A stretch of DNA of 64,000 nt, from the NCBI GenBank assembly GCA_905178155.1, contig CAJINV010000016.1:644259-708258 (forward strand), written 5' to 3'. Below are positions 35,101-47,900 of this stretch, in pieces (position 1 is the first letter of the stretch; each line of letters begins with the position of its first letter). The notes under the pieces are model-generated. The model searched no databases and was not told the DNA's origin. It saw only the letters and a program-made list of their open reading frames with translations. Source of the stretch: Amoebophrya sp. A120. Its lineage: Eukaryota; Protista; Dinoflagellata. The translations under genes and the position numbers were made by a program.

Positions 35101-38100
35101 ATCGCAAACTTTCAGCAGTGCCCCTTTTTGGTACGGGGAGGGGGGATTTTTCATCACAATAGGCGGCCTGTGCGCTGCTGGGCGATCCACTGAATAAGGT
35201 AAGCACGATATCCCACAAAAAAACTGTTTCACTGTGATGATCTTGCAAGATCTGCGTCACAAGTTTGTTACACATGACACAGAAAATTTGCCATGCTCGC
35301 TTCCAAAGGGAAAACACCGCTAAAGAGTCGAGGTCTTGCAGGTGTGGCGAGACAAATAGCTCTGTGTTTCATTCTATGCATCACAAGTTTACAGTGAAAC
35401 AGTTTTTTCTTGCGATACACGACTTACCGCGTCACCCGGGTGGAGTTCGTGAACACCGTATCAAATGTAAAAGTGTTTGGGTCTGGAAGATTGCAACTTG
35501 TCATGCTAAATCTGCAGCATGCAAAAATCTGTGTTGCGTGATTACCAAAAGTCGTCCAGTTTTGACCAATATGGGAGGTAGTTTCTCATGCAGGATAGGC
35601 ATTAGAAAGGTCTCGCAGAATCTGTCATGCTAGGTCCTGCATTCCAGACCTCATGGGTCATGGAAAAGCAGCATGACAAATCGCGCATTCTTCCAGACCC
35701 AGACATTTTTGCAATCCATACACCGTGAGTGGCAACAATCTGCTGGTCCAGACCCGCCACACGGGCTTCTATGGATTGTAAAAATGTCTGGGTCTGGGAG
35801 GTTGGAACTTGTAATGCTAGCTTTCCATACCTAGAAAATCTGTATTGCATGACCAACAAAAGTCGCAGCCTCTTTTGTCATGCAAAAACGCAGCTTCTCA
35901 TGCGGATTGCCTATGAGAAAGCGTTTTGGGAAGTTGTCATGCCGGACTGCATTCGGAAGTGTTTTCATCATGCACATTTTAGCATCACAAGTTTCCAGAC
36001 CCAGACATTTTTACATTTGATAGCTTCGACCAGGTGTCGACGGCGCACGGAAAAATGATCTACGACCAAGTCTCTACCGTTTCCGCTCGCATCTACGGTT
36101 CCCTAGGCGTGGTCCGGGAGAAGAAGCGCCCGGTCAAGATCACGGTTTCGCTCCGCGCCTTCTCCGGTACTGCAAGCTCGCGCGGGGCTGCGTCGACCCT
36201 GACATCCCCGGGCGCGGTGTCGTTTTCCGGGAACGCGGAAAGCGCGCGACTGCGGCAGTCGGCACTGCTGTTCACGGATCAGAAAATATCCGGCGACGCC
36301 GCCCTCGACCTGAATCTGGACGACGCGGACCTCGCGGTTCTGGTGCCCATGATCTGCGGCACCTACGAGCTCGCCCCCGTGCTGCGGAACGGGTTCCCGT
36401 GGTACCGGAAGAGGCTTTCCAGCTTGAAAATCGCGGACGTGTTTTTTAACACGACAAAACGCACGTGGCATATGAACGCGTCAGGATTCAAATCGTCAAA
36501 GTTGAAATAGTTTCTCATGCATAAAATGCAACCCACAGAATGCCTGTCTTGCAGAGTAGGCAAGTGAAGCAGATTGTAAGCCTGTTGAGGGGTAGAAACT
36601 GCGCTGCTACGACAAAAGACGTCTTCCTTACCCAAACAGCATGACAAACTGGATCTCGGTTCTACCCAAATTTGTCATGCGCCACTTCGAAACTGGGCCA
36701 CAACTTTCATCACTTTTATGCATTACAACTTTGTGGATTTCAATCCTGACACATCCATATGGCAGCTGTGGCTGAAGACGCCGATGAGGGACGGCGCAAC
36801 GACGGATGCGGCGTGGTACGAAACCATGGACGGGGGGAGAGGAATGCCAGTTAGTTCTACCAGCACAGGAGGCGCGACGAGGACTACTTCTCCAGGAGAA
36901 CCCATACAACCAGTGCCAGTGGCTAGTACAATTGGTGCCGCGTTGGAATCGAGTTCGAACTACGAGTATGCCGACGTCGAAGACCTGTCCAGCAGTGGGG
37001 GCAACGAGGTCCAGGACGTGCTGCTCACGGAGTCGGAGGTACTTACCGGCGCGCACAGCCAGCCAACAACGCCCGATCAGGCACAGTGGGACGTTTTGCA
37101 GGTGAAACTTACCGCGGACACGCGGATCCTGGAGCGAGCGCTTATCGAGTGCCGCATGTACAACCTGCCCCTGGAACCTTGCCACGAGGATGTAGTGCGG
37201 AACGCCGCGGACAGCGGCAGCTTCTGCTTTCTTTTCCAGGCTCCCGTCGGTTTTTTTCTCGCCGTATTCATTGCAAATATGTCTGGGTCTGGAAGGATGC
37301 AACTTGTGGTGCTACCTTTGGACTCTACATGAAATCTGTATTGCATGAGCAGCAAAAAAGGCGCAATTTGTGCTACAGATCGAGGGCATTTCTCATGCGG
37401 TATGAGCATCAGAAAGCCCTCGCAGAATCTTTGATGCCAGGGCGTGCATGACAGACCTCTTGGGTCATGCAAAATCAGCATGACAAACTCCTGCATTCTT
37501 CCAGATCCAGACATATTTGCATTTGATACGCCGACGGGTATCGGCACCGCGTGGTCTGCCGGGTCCGCGACGCCGAGTCGATGGTGCTGGGCCGCCCCAA
37601 CGAGGTGGTGGGCGCGGTGGTGGTGGCGCGCCCGAAATTCCGCGTCACACCGGATTTGGTGGAGATGGGCACCGAAGTGGACGGGACGATGGACAAGCTG
37701 TACCGGTTTCAAGGCAGTACGCCGGGGCTTACCGTCGTCTTCCACTTGCTCAGCGAAGAGCAGTGGGACACCAGGCGGTGGTATGCAAAGAAAAACGTGT
37801 TACACTTAGTACTACACAAGTTGTGTTGCACGACGAGGTCACAACAAGCAAGACAGACCTCTGCATAATTGCAAGTTTTGGTTTTCGTCGTCGTAGTACA
37901 GGGAAAAAACACAGCACATAGAGAGTTCGTGGCTCGCCTGATAGTTTCCCTGCACTACCTCCAAACTATCAAAGAAGCTCGTGCAACTGCTCGCGTTGTG
38001 TTTTTGAAAAAGGTACAACGATTTGTGTGTAAGTGTAACATTTGAAGCGCGTTTTTCTTAGGATAGTTCGCTGGTGGGGCTGCCGCTGAAGCCGCGGACC

Positions 38101-41100
38101 ATCTACGCCGACCTGGGCGGAGAGCGTGCTCCAGGTAGAAATGCAGCGGGCGGGAGTATTTTTGACAAAAATGGAGCCGCGTCCGAAAGGAGCGATAGTG
38201 CTGGCACGTCGAAAGATTCTGCGGCAGCTCGTGAGTCGTCCACCAGGAAAACGACGTGGACGCTGGCGGGGAATTTAGGCGTATCCGCCGCGAATCAGTT
38301 CCGGGGTAGTCCGGGCACGACCTACGTCTTTTCCGCCGTGCCGCATTCGGGGGATTCCGTCGGGAACCCCGTTCGGTTCGTGTTGTCTGTGCCCTTTTCG
38401 AATTCCCTGATTCTTCGTTACTACGGCCTTTTGGTCATTATCGTGCATAGCCTGCTGACGCTGTTTCTCATGGCCGGGCCCGTCTACGCGTTTTCCAGGG
38501 GGGCGAGTTTGCGGGTCAGCTTCAACCGGCTGCGACGGGTGATCGGCGCCAGTGGGCAAATTGCGTTGACGGCAGTGGCGGTTTTGGGCAAGGGCGCGCT
38601 TTATATCCCAAAAAAAAGAGCACGCAGGGCATATTTGTAAAGCAAAAACAAATACACAGAAGAATCCGCATTGCGCATTTTCAACAGCATCCTATGCTGG
38701 GCTCCCTCATGATAGATTTGTCTGTTAATTTTTTCTGTCATTACACTGCCTGCCCTTTTTCGTGGGATACTGTACGGGTGGGTCCTGCACATCTGGGCGA
38801 CCGAGCAGAAGTCTCCCTACATCTTCGTGTTTCTTGGAATAGACGTGACTGCCGTTTTATGCAAAAAATAAAAATGCTTGCAAAACAGTATCGACGCGGT
38901 AGTAAAGAAATTTTTGCATTTTACAAAAGTAAATTTTGTCACACGATGAAAAAATAGAATTTGTGATGCTGACTGAAAAACACCCAAGACAAGAGGTGGC
39001 AATTATGTACGGGAGATTTATTGTGATATGCATAAATTTCAATCAAGTACTACCACGTCGGTACTATCAGATACAACTTTTGCGCAGCATGCGTTTGTCT
39101 CTTCCTCGCGCGACGGGTGGTAGTTCAAATGGCGCCGTCTATCAAACGTAAAAATGTCTGGGTCTGGAAAAGTACAGACTTGTCATGCATATTTTCCATG
39201 ACCCATGAGGGGTGGAATGCGGGACCTAGCATCACAGACTCTGCGAGGTCTCTGTCATGCCTGTCTTGCGTGGGAAACTCCCTCCCAACTTGGTCGAAAG
39301 TAGACAGCTTTTGGCGCTCGTGCAACACAAATTTTTGCATGCTTCGAATTTAGCATGACAAGTCTACACTTTTCCAGACCCAGACATATTTGCAATGCAT
39401 ACCGTCCTTTTTCTCGCAATCTGCCGCGGAGTCTAAGGTTGAATCGGAGATCCGCCGCATTGTTGCAGTGGGAGCGCAGCAGGAGATTATGGAATGCACA
39501 TATGTCTGGGTCTGGGAGACTGCAAGATTTGTCATGCTAATCTGGCATGACTCTGAACTCTGTATTGCGTGGCCGCAAAGAGCTCCGCCGGCCTGTCATG
39601 CAAAGGCGCAGGTTCTCATGCTGAGTACGCAACTCAGAACCACGGCAAAACTTGTCATGCTGTGCAGCGCATTGCAGTTTTTTCACTATTCCTTTCCTTG
39701 CATCACAAGTTTCCAGACCCAGACACATTTGCATTTGATAGAGATTTCCAGACTGCAAGCCCGGTTGCTGAACACCTACTTTCAAATTGCCAACTGCCAC
39801 GAGCAGGAAAACAGCTCCACGGTGAAGTTCCTCACCAAGGAGATTGTGAATCAGTTGCAGTACCTGCAGGCACACTGCCTGGAGACGCAACAAGAGCTGG
39901 CTCTGCGGTTGAAGGAGGTCCAAAAAGCGTACAGCACCACGTATCCGCAGGAGTGGGCCCGGCTCCTGCAGATTCCGAGCCGGTCCCTTGGCCAGGTCGC
40001 GCAGCCGAATGGGGGCTGTGTCTGGTGGAAGCAGAGAACTGCGGGCAATCTTCTGCCACCGCAAAATGCATCGGCCCCAAGTCGGCAGGGAACTGAGGAC
40101 GCGGAAGTACCCTCCTCCTCGCCAGGGGCGGGACAGACACAGAAGAACCCGAGCACGGCACTACAGGCGATGAAGTTCGTGAACTTTGATACGACGGAAA
40201 TTTCCGAATACCAGTCGGATACGCGGCCGACGAAGTGGCAGCAGCAAATACTGCAATGAAAAATGCCCCCACCCCCGACTTAGGAGCACTTGTATTGCAA
40301 GTCTTTCCAAACGAAACATTCGCCTTCTTGCATCTATCAGCATCACAGGTTTCTTATCGTGAATAGCAAAAATTTGTATTGCAAAAGACTCCAGCAAGAA
40401 CGGCGCTTGTCATGCAGGCGATGCGATACACGCCTAGACTCTGCATCAGAAAGATTCATACTCCTTTCAAGCATGACAGAAAGTTTTCATTTGGAAACTT
40501 CGCATCACAAATTTTTGCAAGTTTGGGGGTGGGGGCGTTTTTCACTGTAATAGCAAACCGTGGCCGATTTGGTGTCCGAGCTGGAGCTATCGTAAGGAAA
40601 AATCCCCCATATATCGAAAAGTAGGCACACCGCATAAAATTTGCCATGCTGATTTGTGACCACAGATCGCGGCCCCGGTCTTGCAAGAAGGCAACCCCGC
40701 AGGCCCCGCAGCATTATGTAGGCGGTTTGTGATGCTATTGGGCCTACAGCATAGACGTTTTCCGTGCTAAGCACCTAGGCCAGCACCTCTCTGCTCCGGC
40801 TTGATATGATGGGCCTGCAGTCATGTCCTCTACTGCACTACAAATTTGATTTGTGTATACGACTCCAGCATCAGAAGCCTCGTTTTGATATGGGGAGGGG
40901 GGATTTATTTTCCTCTTGATAGTCTCGGCGGGGGCTCGGAACCGTGGGTAGCAGTCGGCGGGACCGGCTGACCTTCTTCGTGTATCAAAGTGAAAAAAGC
41001 CCCCACCCCATATCGGAAACGGAAGACGCGCGAATTTGTGATGCTGTATTTGAGTACACAAATCGACTTGTATTGCTAGAAGGCCAAGAGACGAAGCTGC

Positions 41101-43862
41101 GGCCTAAATTGCAGGCAGTCTGTCATGCTGTTTCCCACTTCCAGTTGCCTCCTGTCATCCTGGAGCTGCAAGGCTTTCCCACGCTAGGCAGCACTACAGT
41201 CCGCATCTTTTGCCTTCCAGCATCACAAAGCTGATTCGTGACCACAAATCTGCATCACAGATTTCCGTTTTGATATGGGGACGGGGCATTTTTCATTGTA
41301 ATATCGTGGACCAGGCATCCTGGGCCAAAGATAAGTTCGCGAAAACGTTGCAGCGCTACGTCCGCTATGCTGAGTAAAAACCTCCACCGCCCCCTCGCCT
41401 GCCAGTACATAAACGCCCCAGAGTTCTTGTCATGCAAATCTGCATGCCAAAAAAGTTTCTCATGTGGAGCCCCATGAGAAGCATTTTCTAGTCGTGTTTT
41501 GGAGTTTGTGATGCTAGAATCAGCATGATATGCTAGTAGACCTGTGACGCTGCTGAACTAGCGAAACAGGGTCAACACACTACGAGGGCAAATTTGTCAT
41601 GCGAAACAGCGAAAGCTGGTTGATTTGTCTAGCAGATTTCCCAGCATCTTGACTCTGGTCGTGTGGGCACATTTTTACTCAGGATATCCGCGACTTCAAT
41701 TTCGTCGGCAACACGGAGGCGGAGCCGGCCACGGCACTCGGACTGCACGCGGCAGCCATTTACGCCCGTTGGAACGGCGAAAACCCCGACGCCCCGCTGG
41801 CCGACACGCCCTTCGACGCAAGGGCGCAGCTTCTCCGCGGGTCAAAACCAGAGCTGAGTGTGGAGAGGCTGCTCGCGAATTCTGGCGCGAAGGAGTTTCT
41901 GGAAGCGGGGAGCCTGTGCGCCCTTCATATCAAATGCAAATATGTCTGGGTCTTGAAGCATGCATGTTTGTCATGCTTGTCTGGCATGACACTCAAATCT
42001 GTCATGCACGTATACCCAAGAGCGCCACTTTTCTGTCATGCAGAAACGCAGTTTGTCATGCACAATGGGCAACGGAACACCTAGAAGGTCAGAAACTTGT
42101 CATGCTGAGCCAGCACTTGTGGCCTCCTCATGATACGCCGCCCAGCATCACAATTTTCCAGACCCAGACATATTTGCAATGTATACTTCACATCGGGGAA
42201 CTCAAGGAGCTTTTTGCCTCGGACTTGAAGTGTCAGCGGATTGAAAAGCAGCTGTTATCTATCGAACAAAAAAAGTTCATCGGGCCGATCACTCATGCGC
42301 ATTTTTGCAATAGTACAAAACTTTCTGTCAACATGCGTGAAAATGCATCACAGCCAAATTTCAACATAAGGGAGTTGCCCAGTGTTCCTGCAATACAAGG
42401 AAAAGCTGCGATGGTAAAAAAAAGTGTAATGCAAGACCTGCAAGTTTTTACTGACTGTGACAAACTTTTTTCTCTCCATATTATCTACGGGTAGTACTAG
42501 AGGTCGGGCAACTGGCGAACAGCAAAACGCTGGACCACGACTGGCTCAACAGCAGCACACGGAAAACTATGTAACCGATGTGCTGCGGGCGCGCATCATT
42601 TTCGTTTCCCCCATATCTCACAGAAAAAAGTAGGCAGAGATGGGCGTATAATCTGTAACTCATCAAAAATAGATCGATACTTACACAAGGCGTAATCTGC
42701 GAAACAGCACGTTCTGGGCGGCTCGCCCATGGCAGATTATTTTTCTGTTAATTTACTTTGACTTTCGCATTACAGATTTGCTTTTGCCCTGCCGGTCCTT
42801 TTCTGTGGGATGCCTGACCGCACTGCTGGTATTTTTCTGGTACATGGTCTACGGGCAGGAGGAGCTAGTCGTTGTGGGCATACATAACAAGTTTCAGGAA
42901 ACCGAGGACAGTATCAACTGCAAATATGTAGTTTAGCCGTGGTCAGTCTGTCTGGAAGAACTTTGTATACGGTGATATTACTTGCTGCCAGAGCGACCGC
43001 TTGCACAACGGGATGACAGGATCAGAAGTTATTTTGCATTGATTCGCAATCGACGTACTAAAGGGCATGACAAACCATTGCCACGCAGCACGAAAAAAAG
43101 GTAGTCACTCGTCCTATCCCTGGCGTGCATCACAGATCTTGTTCTCCTTCACATTTCGCATCACGAATCCAGATGATGATGAAGTAAACATGTTTGCAAT
43201 GCATAGACAGCAACGAAACCCCGGCCTCTGCGGCGGACAGCAGTGGGCAGCAGCAAGCGATCACCATCCCCGATTTATCCTGAGTAAAAACATGATCCCC
43301 GTCCCATAGTTGTCATGCAGAATTGCCAACAGGAACGTTTGTAATGTGCATCTTCATGATAGGCATTTCAAAGCGTGTTTTGGTATTTGTAATGCTGCGA
43401 ACAGGATAAGCAGATGGATTTGTGATGCGGCTGCTCGCACTAACCTGCACTACACTACAACAGAGAGAAGCTTGGCATGCGTGATGCCATCCCCGCAGTA
43501 GCAGAGTCTGTTTATGTCATGCGTGATTCCCAAAGCTTCTGGATTTGTATTGCGAACGTCTCAGAAGCTTGACTATGGGTTGGGTACGTTTTCACATAGG
43601 ATGCGACTTGGTGCTGCAGGTGCAGTTCGTGATGCCAAATTTCGGGACGGCCGAGAACCTCGAGTTTGTGGCGGAAATCAGCCTCCGCCTCGAAGCCTAC
43701 GCCCTGACGCGGGATATCGACTACGTGTTCCAAAAAATCCAGCGGGCAACGTCCATCACCAGCTTTTTGGAGCCCCTGTTTCCGGATTTCGATGCTTCGG
43801 TCTTGGAAAAGGTCAAGCAGGTTCGACGGGACGGTGGCCGGACCGGGCGGCGCGAGGCGTGA
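23174..43862 (+). CDS. Very long uncharacterised multi-exon gene (possibly two adjacent genes) with hydrophobic segments
   Basis: An open plus-strand frame can be followed across about 31 introners and several GT-AG introns; hydrophobic stretches near 23330-23410 and 38410-38600; no family recognised; junctions at about 32.8-33.1, 38.6-39.1 and 42.3-43.2 kb not resolved. Confidence 0.55.
23626..23938. mobile_element. Degenerate introner, family B
   Basis: TATCCTG...CAGGATA; DR CGCCG/CGCGC; frame kept. Confidence 0.75.
24083..24390. mobile_element. Introner, family E
   Basis: TIR core TGTCAG..TTGAAATCG.CAAAGTTGAAAT; DR TCGGA. Confidence 0.88.
24896..25185. mobile_element. Degenerate introner
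   Basis: TATG...CATA ends; DR GAGCC/TCCCC; removing element plus 5 nt joins PGEP|EGVRF. Confidence 0.65.
25484..25771. mobile_element. Introner, family B
   Basis: Family B TIR; DR GCCGA. Confidence 0.9.
26155..26417. mobile_element. Introner, family A
   Basis: Family A TIR; DR GTCTG. Confidence 0.92.
27050..27282. mobile_element. Introner, family A (right TIR decayed)
   Basis: DR TGACC/CGACC. Confidence 0.82.
27691..27997. mobile_element. Introner, family E
   Basis: TATGG...GTCAGGA / TCCTGAC...CCATA; DR GCGCA. Confidence 0.87.
28052..28313. mobile_element. Introner, family A
   Basis: Family A TIR; DR TCCAG. Confidence 0.92.
28800..29100. repeat. Degenerate 7/14-bp simple repeat (TACATCG/TACATTG/TGATGTA)
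   Basis: Directly visible, subterminal to the left TIR. Confidence 0.85.
29100..30670. repeat. GC-rich tandem arrays: a ~65-bp unit with hairpin GGAGGCGCCGG-GGC-CCGGCGCCTCC, then a longer unit with the palindrome GCCGGCGCAGCTGCGCCGGC
   Basis: Directly visible; explains the repetitive overlapping ORFs in many frames. Confidence 0.92.
30680..31070. repeat. 14-bp tandem repeat ATGTATGATGTACA / ATGTATGATGTGCC
   Basis: Directly visible, subterminal to the right TIR. Confidence 0.92.
31797..32098. mobile_element. Introner, family D
   Basis: TIR TAYTACARTGAAAAAYGCC.CCACCCC; DR GTGGA. Confidence 0.9.
32449..32736. mobile_element. Introner, family A-like (diverged)
   Basis: TATCAAATGCA...TGCAATGCATA; DR GGGCG/GGTCG. 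Confidence 0.8.
33173..33462. mobile_element. Degenerate introner, family B
   Basis: DR GCACG/GCGCG; family B internal sequence. Confidence 0.75.
33507..33655. mobile_element. Introner, family G
   Basis: Long IR TGCAAAA.TATCGTACTCGTATAAATGCA; DR GTTTG. Confidence 0.9.
33694..33955. mobile_element. Introner, family A
   Basis: Near-perfect family A TIR but DR mismatched (GTACG/CTCGG); removing element plus 5 nt joins SRY|GQTN. Confidence 0.88.
34032..34316. mobile_element. Introner, family B
   Basis: Family B TIR; DR AAACC. Confidence 0.88.
34481..34759. mobile_element. Introner, family B
   Basis: Family B TIR; DR TGCTG; closely similar to 34032-34316. Confidence 0.92.
34850..35161. mobile_element. 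Introner, family C
   Basis: TIR core GAAAAATCCCCCCTCCCC; DR GGTGA/GGCGG. Confidence 0.87.
35209..35417. mobile_element. Introner, family F
   Basis: IR AAAAAAACTGTTTCACTGT; DR CACGA. Confidence 0.9.
35459..35720. mobile_element. Introner, family A
   Basis: Family A TIR; DR CACCG. Confidence 0.93.
35770..36022. mobile_element. Introner, family A
   Basis: Family A TIR; DR GCTTC. Confidence 0.93.
36471..36759. mobile_element. Introner, family E
   Basis: TIR core GTCAGGATT.AAATC..CAAAGTTG; DR TGGCA; joins RTWQ|LWLK. Confidence 0.9.
37265..37528. mobile_element. Introner, family A
   Basis: Family A TIR; DR CGCCG. Confidence 0.92.
37782..38065. mobile_element. Degenerate introner, F-like
   Basis: AAGAAAAACG...TTACACTTA / TAAGTGTAA...CGTTTTTCTT; DR GGTGG/GTTCG. 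Confidence 0.72.
39140..39401. mobile_element. Introner, family A
   Basis: Family A TIR; DR CCGTC. Confidence 0.92.
39488..39740. mobile_element. Introner, family A
   Basis: Family A TIR; DR GAGAT; joins QQEI|SRLQ. Confidence 0.92.
40249..40552. mobile_element. Introner, family D
   Basis: Family D TIR; DR GCAAA. Confidence 0.92.
40588..40921. mobile_element. Introner, family C
   Basis: Family C TIR; DR decayed (GGAGC/GTCTC); removing element plus 5 nt joins SELE|RRGLG. Confidence 0.85.
40983..41303. mobile_element. Introner, C/D intermediate
   Basis: TGAAAAA.GCCCC..CCCCATATC IR; DR TCGTG. Confidence 0.88.
41366..41686. mobile_element. Introner, family B
   Basis: TAT.CTGAGTAAAAA IR; DR TCCGC. 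Confidence 0.87.
41928..42185. mobile_element. Introner, family A
   Basis: Family A TIR; DR CTTCA; joins CALH|IGELK. Confidence 0.92.
43276..43603. mobile_element. Introner, family B (diverged)
   Basis: DR CGATT/CGACT; family B internal sequence. Confidence 0.8.
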
Positions 43863-44924
43863 GCGTCGTCTCTGCGGCTATTCGCTATCCAAGGAAAATA
43901 AAAGTAAATTTGTATTCTAGAGTTATTGGGACGGGTTGTACGAGTAGTACTACTAGCCCTGGAGGTGTTTTTCGCTTTATGTTTCTGTTTCATCAGGCAA
44001 TTAGACCGAAAATTCCAAATAGCACCACGCTACGGCACGAGAATACGCATGTTTGCGTGTGCAGCTTCGATATGTCAGTTGATACTTCGAATCTATAAAG
44101 GCCATCAGGCCGAGAGAGCACGATGTATAGAGTTTATTGGCAACATGATGTATAGATTTCTTTGCAAGTTGTGACCAGCAGCGCAGGATTTTTTTGAAAG
44201 CACAGATGGGGTATTGCTGGCCGCGAGCGGGCGTCACCTGAATACTTGAAGAGTTTCACTGCAGAAGTTTCGCGATTAGTTTTTGGAAGGACGTTGGTAA
44301 AGTTTTCTATGCGGCTGAAGAAGTAGAATCTGCTTGTGGCTACAGCGTGTGGCGGCATGTTGGCGACCTGCTGCACATTATTCAGGAATAAATGCAGAAG
44401 AGCGTTCTTTACGTTTTTTTTGTCATGATTGATGCACACGCACCAGTTTTTTTGTGCCCGCAACGCGATCTATCATCAACTACAGGGAGGTATTTTATTG
44501 CCCAAGTATGACCACGAGGGACGTATCTGAAGGATCTGAATGATTCGAGTTTTTTTGGAGTAGGGAGAATCTCGACCTTTTTGGGGCGTTTTATGGAGTG
44601 AGCCTGGGCACTGCGATTTTTTTGCGGCGCGACCAGCTGGCGAATCCACGCTCGATCCAACGGCTTTTTTCCGACGATGTGCATTGGAAACATTTTTTTT
44701 TGATGTCGTGCTTTGGTAAAAGTAATCGTGCGCAAGGACGAGAACTGCGGGATCAACCCGGCGCTCCTCGGGCATGGCAGAGGAAAGAACAAGTACCTGC
44801 GGGATGAACAGTCTAGTTTTATTTTTACCTTGGACTTCGCACGGCGGAAGTCTTCAATTTTTGCATGATCGAGTGACCGTGAGGACTTGTCATCCGGCTG
44901 TAATATGGCGTAGTTGTGTAGTTT

Positions 44925-47900
44925 ATGTGTAGCCACGTAGAGAAAATACCGATGCTATCAAGAACCGTGAGCGAGACGAATCCGCACGGTGCGGTGTTGC
45001 CGCCGGGGGCTTTGGACGATCTCAACCTCCTCCCGAGTAGTAAAACTGGCAGCGTCAACTTGGCGGGCCTAGACCAAAACGAAAACTCCTTGTCGTCCTC
45101 GTCAACCTCCTCCGTGAATAATAATTTCGGTTGTAGTACTAGTTCGGCGTCGTCATTATCCCAATCGAATAAGCCCGTCAACAAGCCACCGCAGTTGAAT
45201 ATCAATTTGATTAACCAACAGGAAAACAGCACCTCGAGCACGAATGACACGACGAGGAGTAGCAGCTCCTTTATGGAGCAGCACACCACGACCTCCAGTG
45301 GAGGTCTTACTTTCCCGGGCAGCAATTTGACTACGCCCAGTAATCAACCACACGGAGCTGGGAACAACTTTTGTAACGCAGCTGGTTCTACTTCGAGTGG
45401 CACGCCATCGGGATCGGGACAGGGAATAAACACCTCCAACTCGTCGTCTTTGTTTGTGTCCAGTTTGAACAGTTTAAACAACTCCGTGGTACCGCGGACG
45501 AAGCAGATTTTGGACCTTTTGCTGAATATAGGCGGTGGATCTACCACTTCGGGAGGAATATCAAATGGCGCTCCTGAGCGACCTAGCGGTTCAATACCAG
45601 TACACGGGGCCGCGACCGGTTCGACTCCGAGTACTATACCGGGGGGTATGATGGGCGGGGGTCAACAGCAAAATCTTGATCCGCTTCTAGTAGAACACCA
45701 AAATGCTGCAAGCGGTGCAACGTCCTCGGGGAATAACCACAGTGTTCCTGCTTTGACCCAGCTGAGTCAAGTGAACCAACAGAATATCAACCTGCAGATG
45801 ATGCACATGCTGAACCACAGCGGGGGTGGTGCACCTTGTTGTAATCATGCCAATCTACCCAATGGCTCTACCGGAGGCGTTCTTGGACAACATTCGCAGC
45901 AGAATCTTCAGCCGCAGATGTTGAATCAAGCGGGAGCATCAATCAATTTCCTAGCGACCACTTCCGCGAGCGTGGTCGAGAACGCGCCACTTGAAGGAAT
46001 AATGACTCAGCAATCAGCCGCGCCGCAAGCGCAACAGGCAGCTGTAGTCCAGCAGCAGCAGCACCAGCAGCAGCAGCAGCAAGTACCACACCAGCAACCG
46101 ACGCCTTCGCAGTTCGTGCAGTTTCAACAGCCACCGCAATTCATCACAACGCAGAATCTTCAGCCACCAATGGCCAACACGAGCGCCACCGTCGGGACGT
46201 TTGGGTCCTTTGAAAGTCTGGAGCAGATTTGGTCACAGCTGAACGCGGCCAATTTAGTCCCGCAGAATAATGGGGATGGCGGTGCTGGTATGACAAGTGC
46301 GCAACAGCAGCAGCAGCAGCAGCAGCAGCAAGGGCTGCAAATGAATTTGAACCAAAACAGTTCCAACTTGTCGCAACATCATCCTACACAAAACATCGTG
46401 AACAATCAGCAGCAAAATCAGAACGTTCTTTTCGGAAACCCGCAACCTGGTGGGAGCAACAACATCAACATCAACCCTTCTTTCGCCCTGAACCAAGTCA
46501 GCCCGTTATTGTGGCAAACGCCGAATACGACCGGGTCGCACAATCATCGAACCACTTCCGCTGACTCTCTTTTCGAACCCTCGCCACAGATGCTGAGTTC
46601 TTCGGGGGGGATGTTGAGTAACACGAATGATTTGATGAACCGCACCTGCATATTGAGAGGAAAAATTCCCCCTCCCCATATCGAAAAGGTATGTTTCCGA
46701 AAATTTGTCTTGCTGATTTAAGACCCCAAATCAAGTCTGTCTTGCAAGAAGACAACTCCGCAGGCTCTGCCGCACTATGCAGGCGGTTTGTCATGCTGTT
46801 GGGCCTACAGCATAGACGTCTCTCATGCTAAGCGCCTAGGCCGAAAGTTCTCTACTCAGGCAGGGCAGGAGCCTGCAGTCCTCGCCAGCAAGACAGATCT
46901 GATTTGAGTACGCAAATCCAGCATCAGAAACTTCGTTTTGATATGGGGAGGGGGGATTTTTCCTTTTGATACTGCAGCTACGACAGTGGCTTCACAATGG
47001 TGAGTTGCCAAAGCTCCTTCCACCCGCAGCAGCAGCAGGGAACAACGATGAACCAGGGGACTAATTTTTCTGCAGGTAATATAGTACAACCTCCGGCGAG
47101 TCGTGGTTCCTTTTCTTCTAATGTTTTCACCAACGTGAACCTACTGATGGAGCAGCAGCAGGAGCCTCTGGCGGGACCATTTTTACAACAACCGATGGGT
47201 CGTTGTACTAGCGGCGGATCTAGTGTAAAAATCGGGGATCATCAATTACAAGCAGGGGCCGGAGCGGGACACTTGGCTGCAACCGGGACAATCAATACTG
47301 GGCCGCCAGCAACAGCAGCGGTCGCACCCTCCAACCTGAACTTGAATCTGTTCAGCCCACCGATATTAAACGGGACAAGCAATCCTGTGAGCCACGGCAT
47401 TGCTACGAATGGGACTCCGATGAATTCCTCGGAAATAAGTAGGAGCAACATCGCCCGAGAACCTCCGCAAGGTGCCAACCCTGAAGCAGGTGGGGCGGTA
47501 CACCCGCAGTTTGTGCTGAACTTTGGAGAAACTATCAACCAGAACAATTTCTTTCCCACGCCCGATACCACCCCGGTGAGCCACAACAGCGGTGTGCACA
47601 TCAACAACCACAGCGGTTGTGTGGATCTGAACTTGAACGTGGTTGGGCCGGCGCATCATGGCAACACAATTACCGGAGGGCCAGTAGCATCACAGGCTCA
47701 CCATGCTTGCGGCGCCGGTCCTGGTTTTGGTGCGCCTCCAAATCCTGTAGTGCTAAACCCGCAGCCAGTTTTGTGTCCTGGAAATAGCGCTAGTGGGGCG
47801 GCCACGGAGGGTACTTAGTTCTAGATGGGGTTATTGAAACAATGCCGGTAGAAGTGGCACACTGTATGAACTATTTCTATTTCGTGGATGTGGGCCTGCA

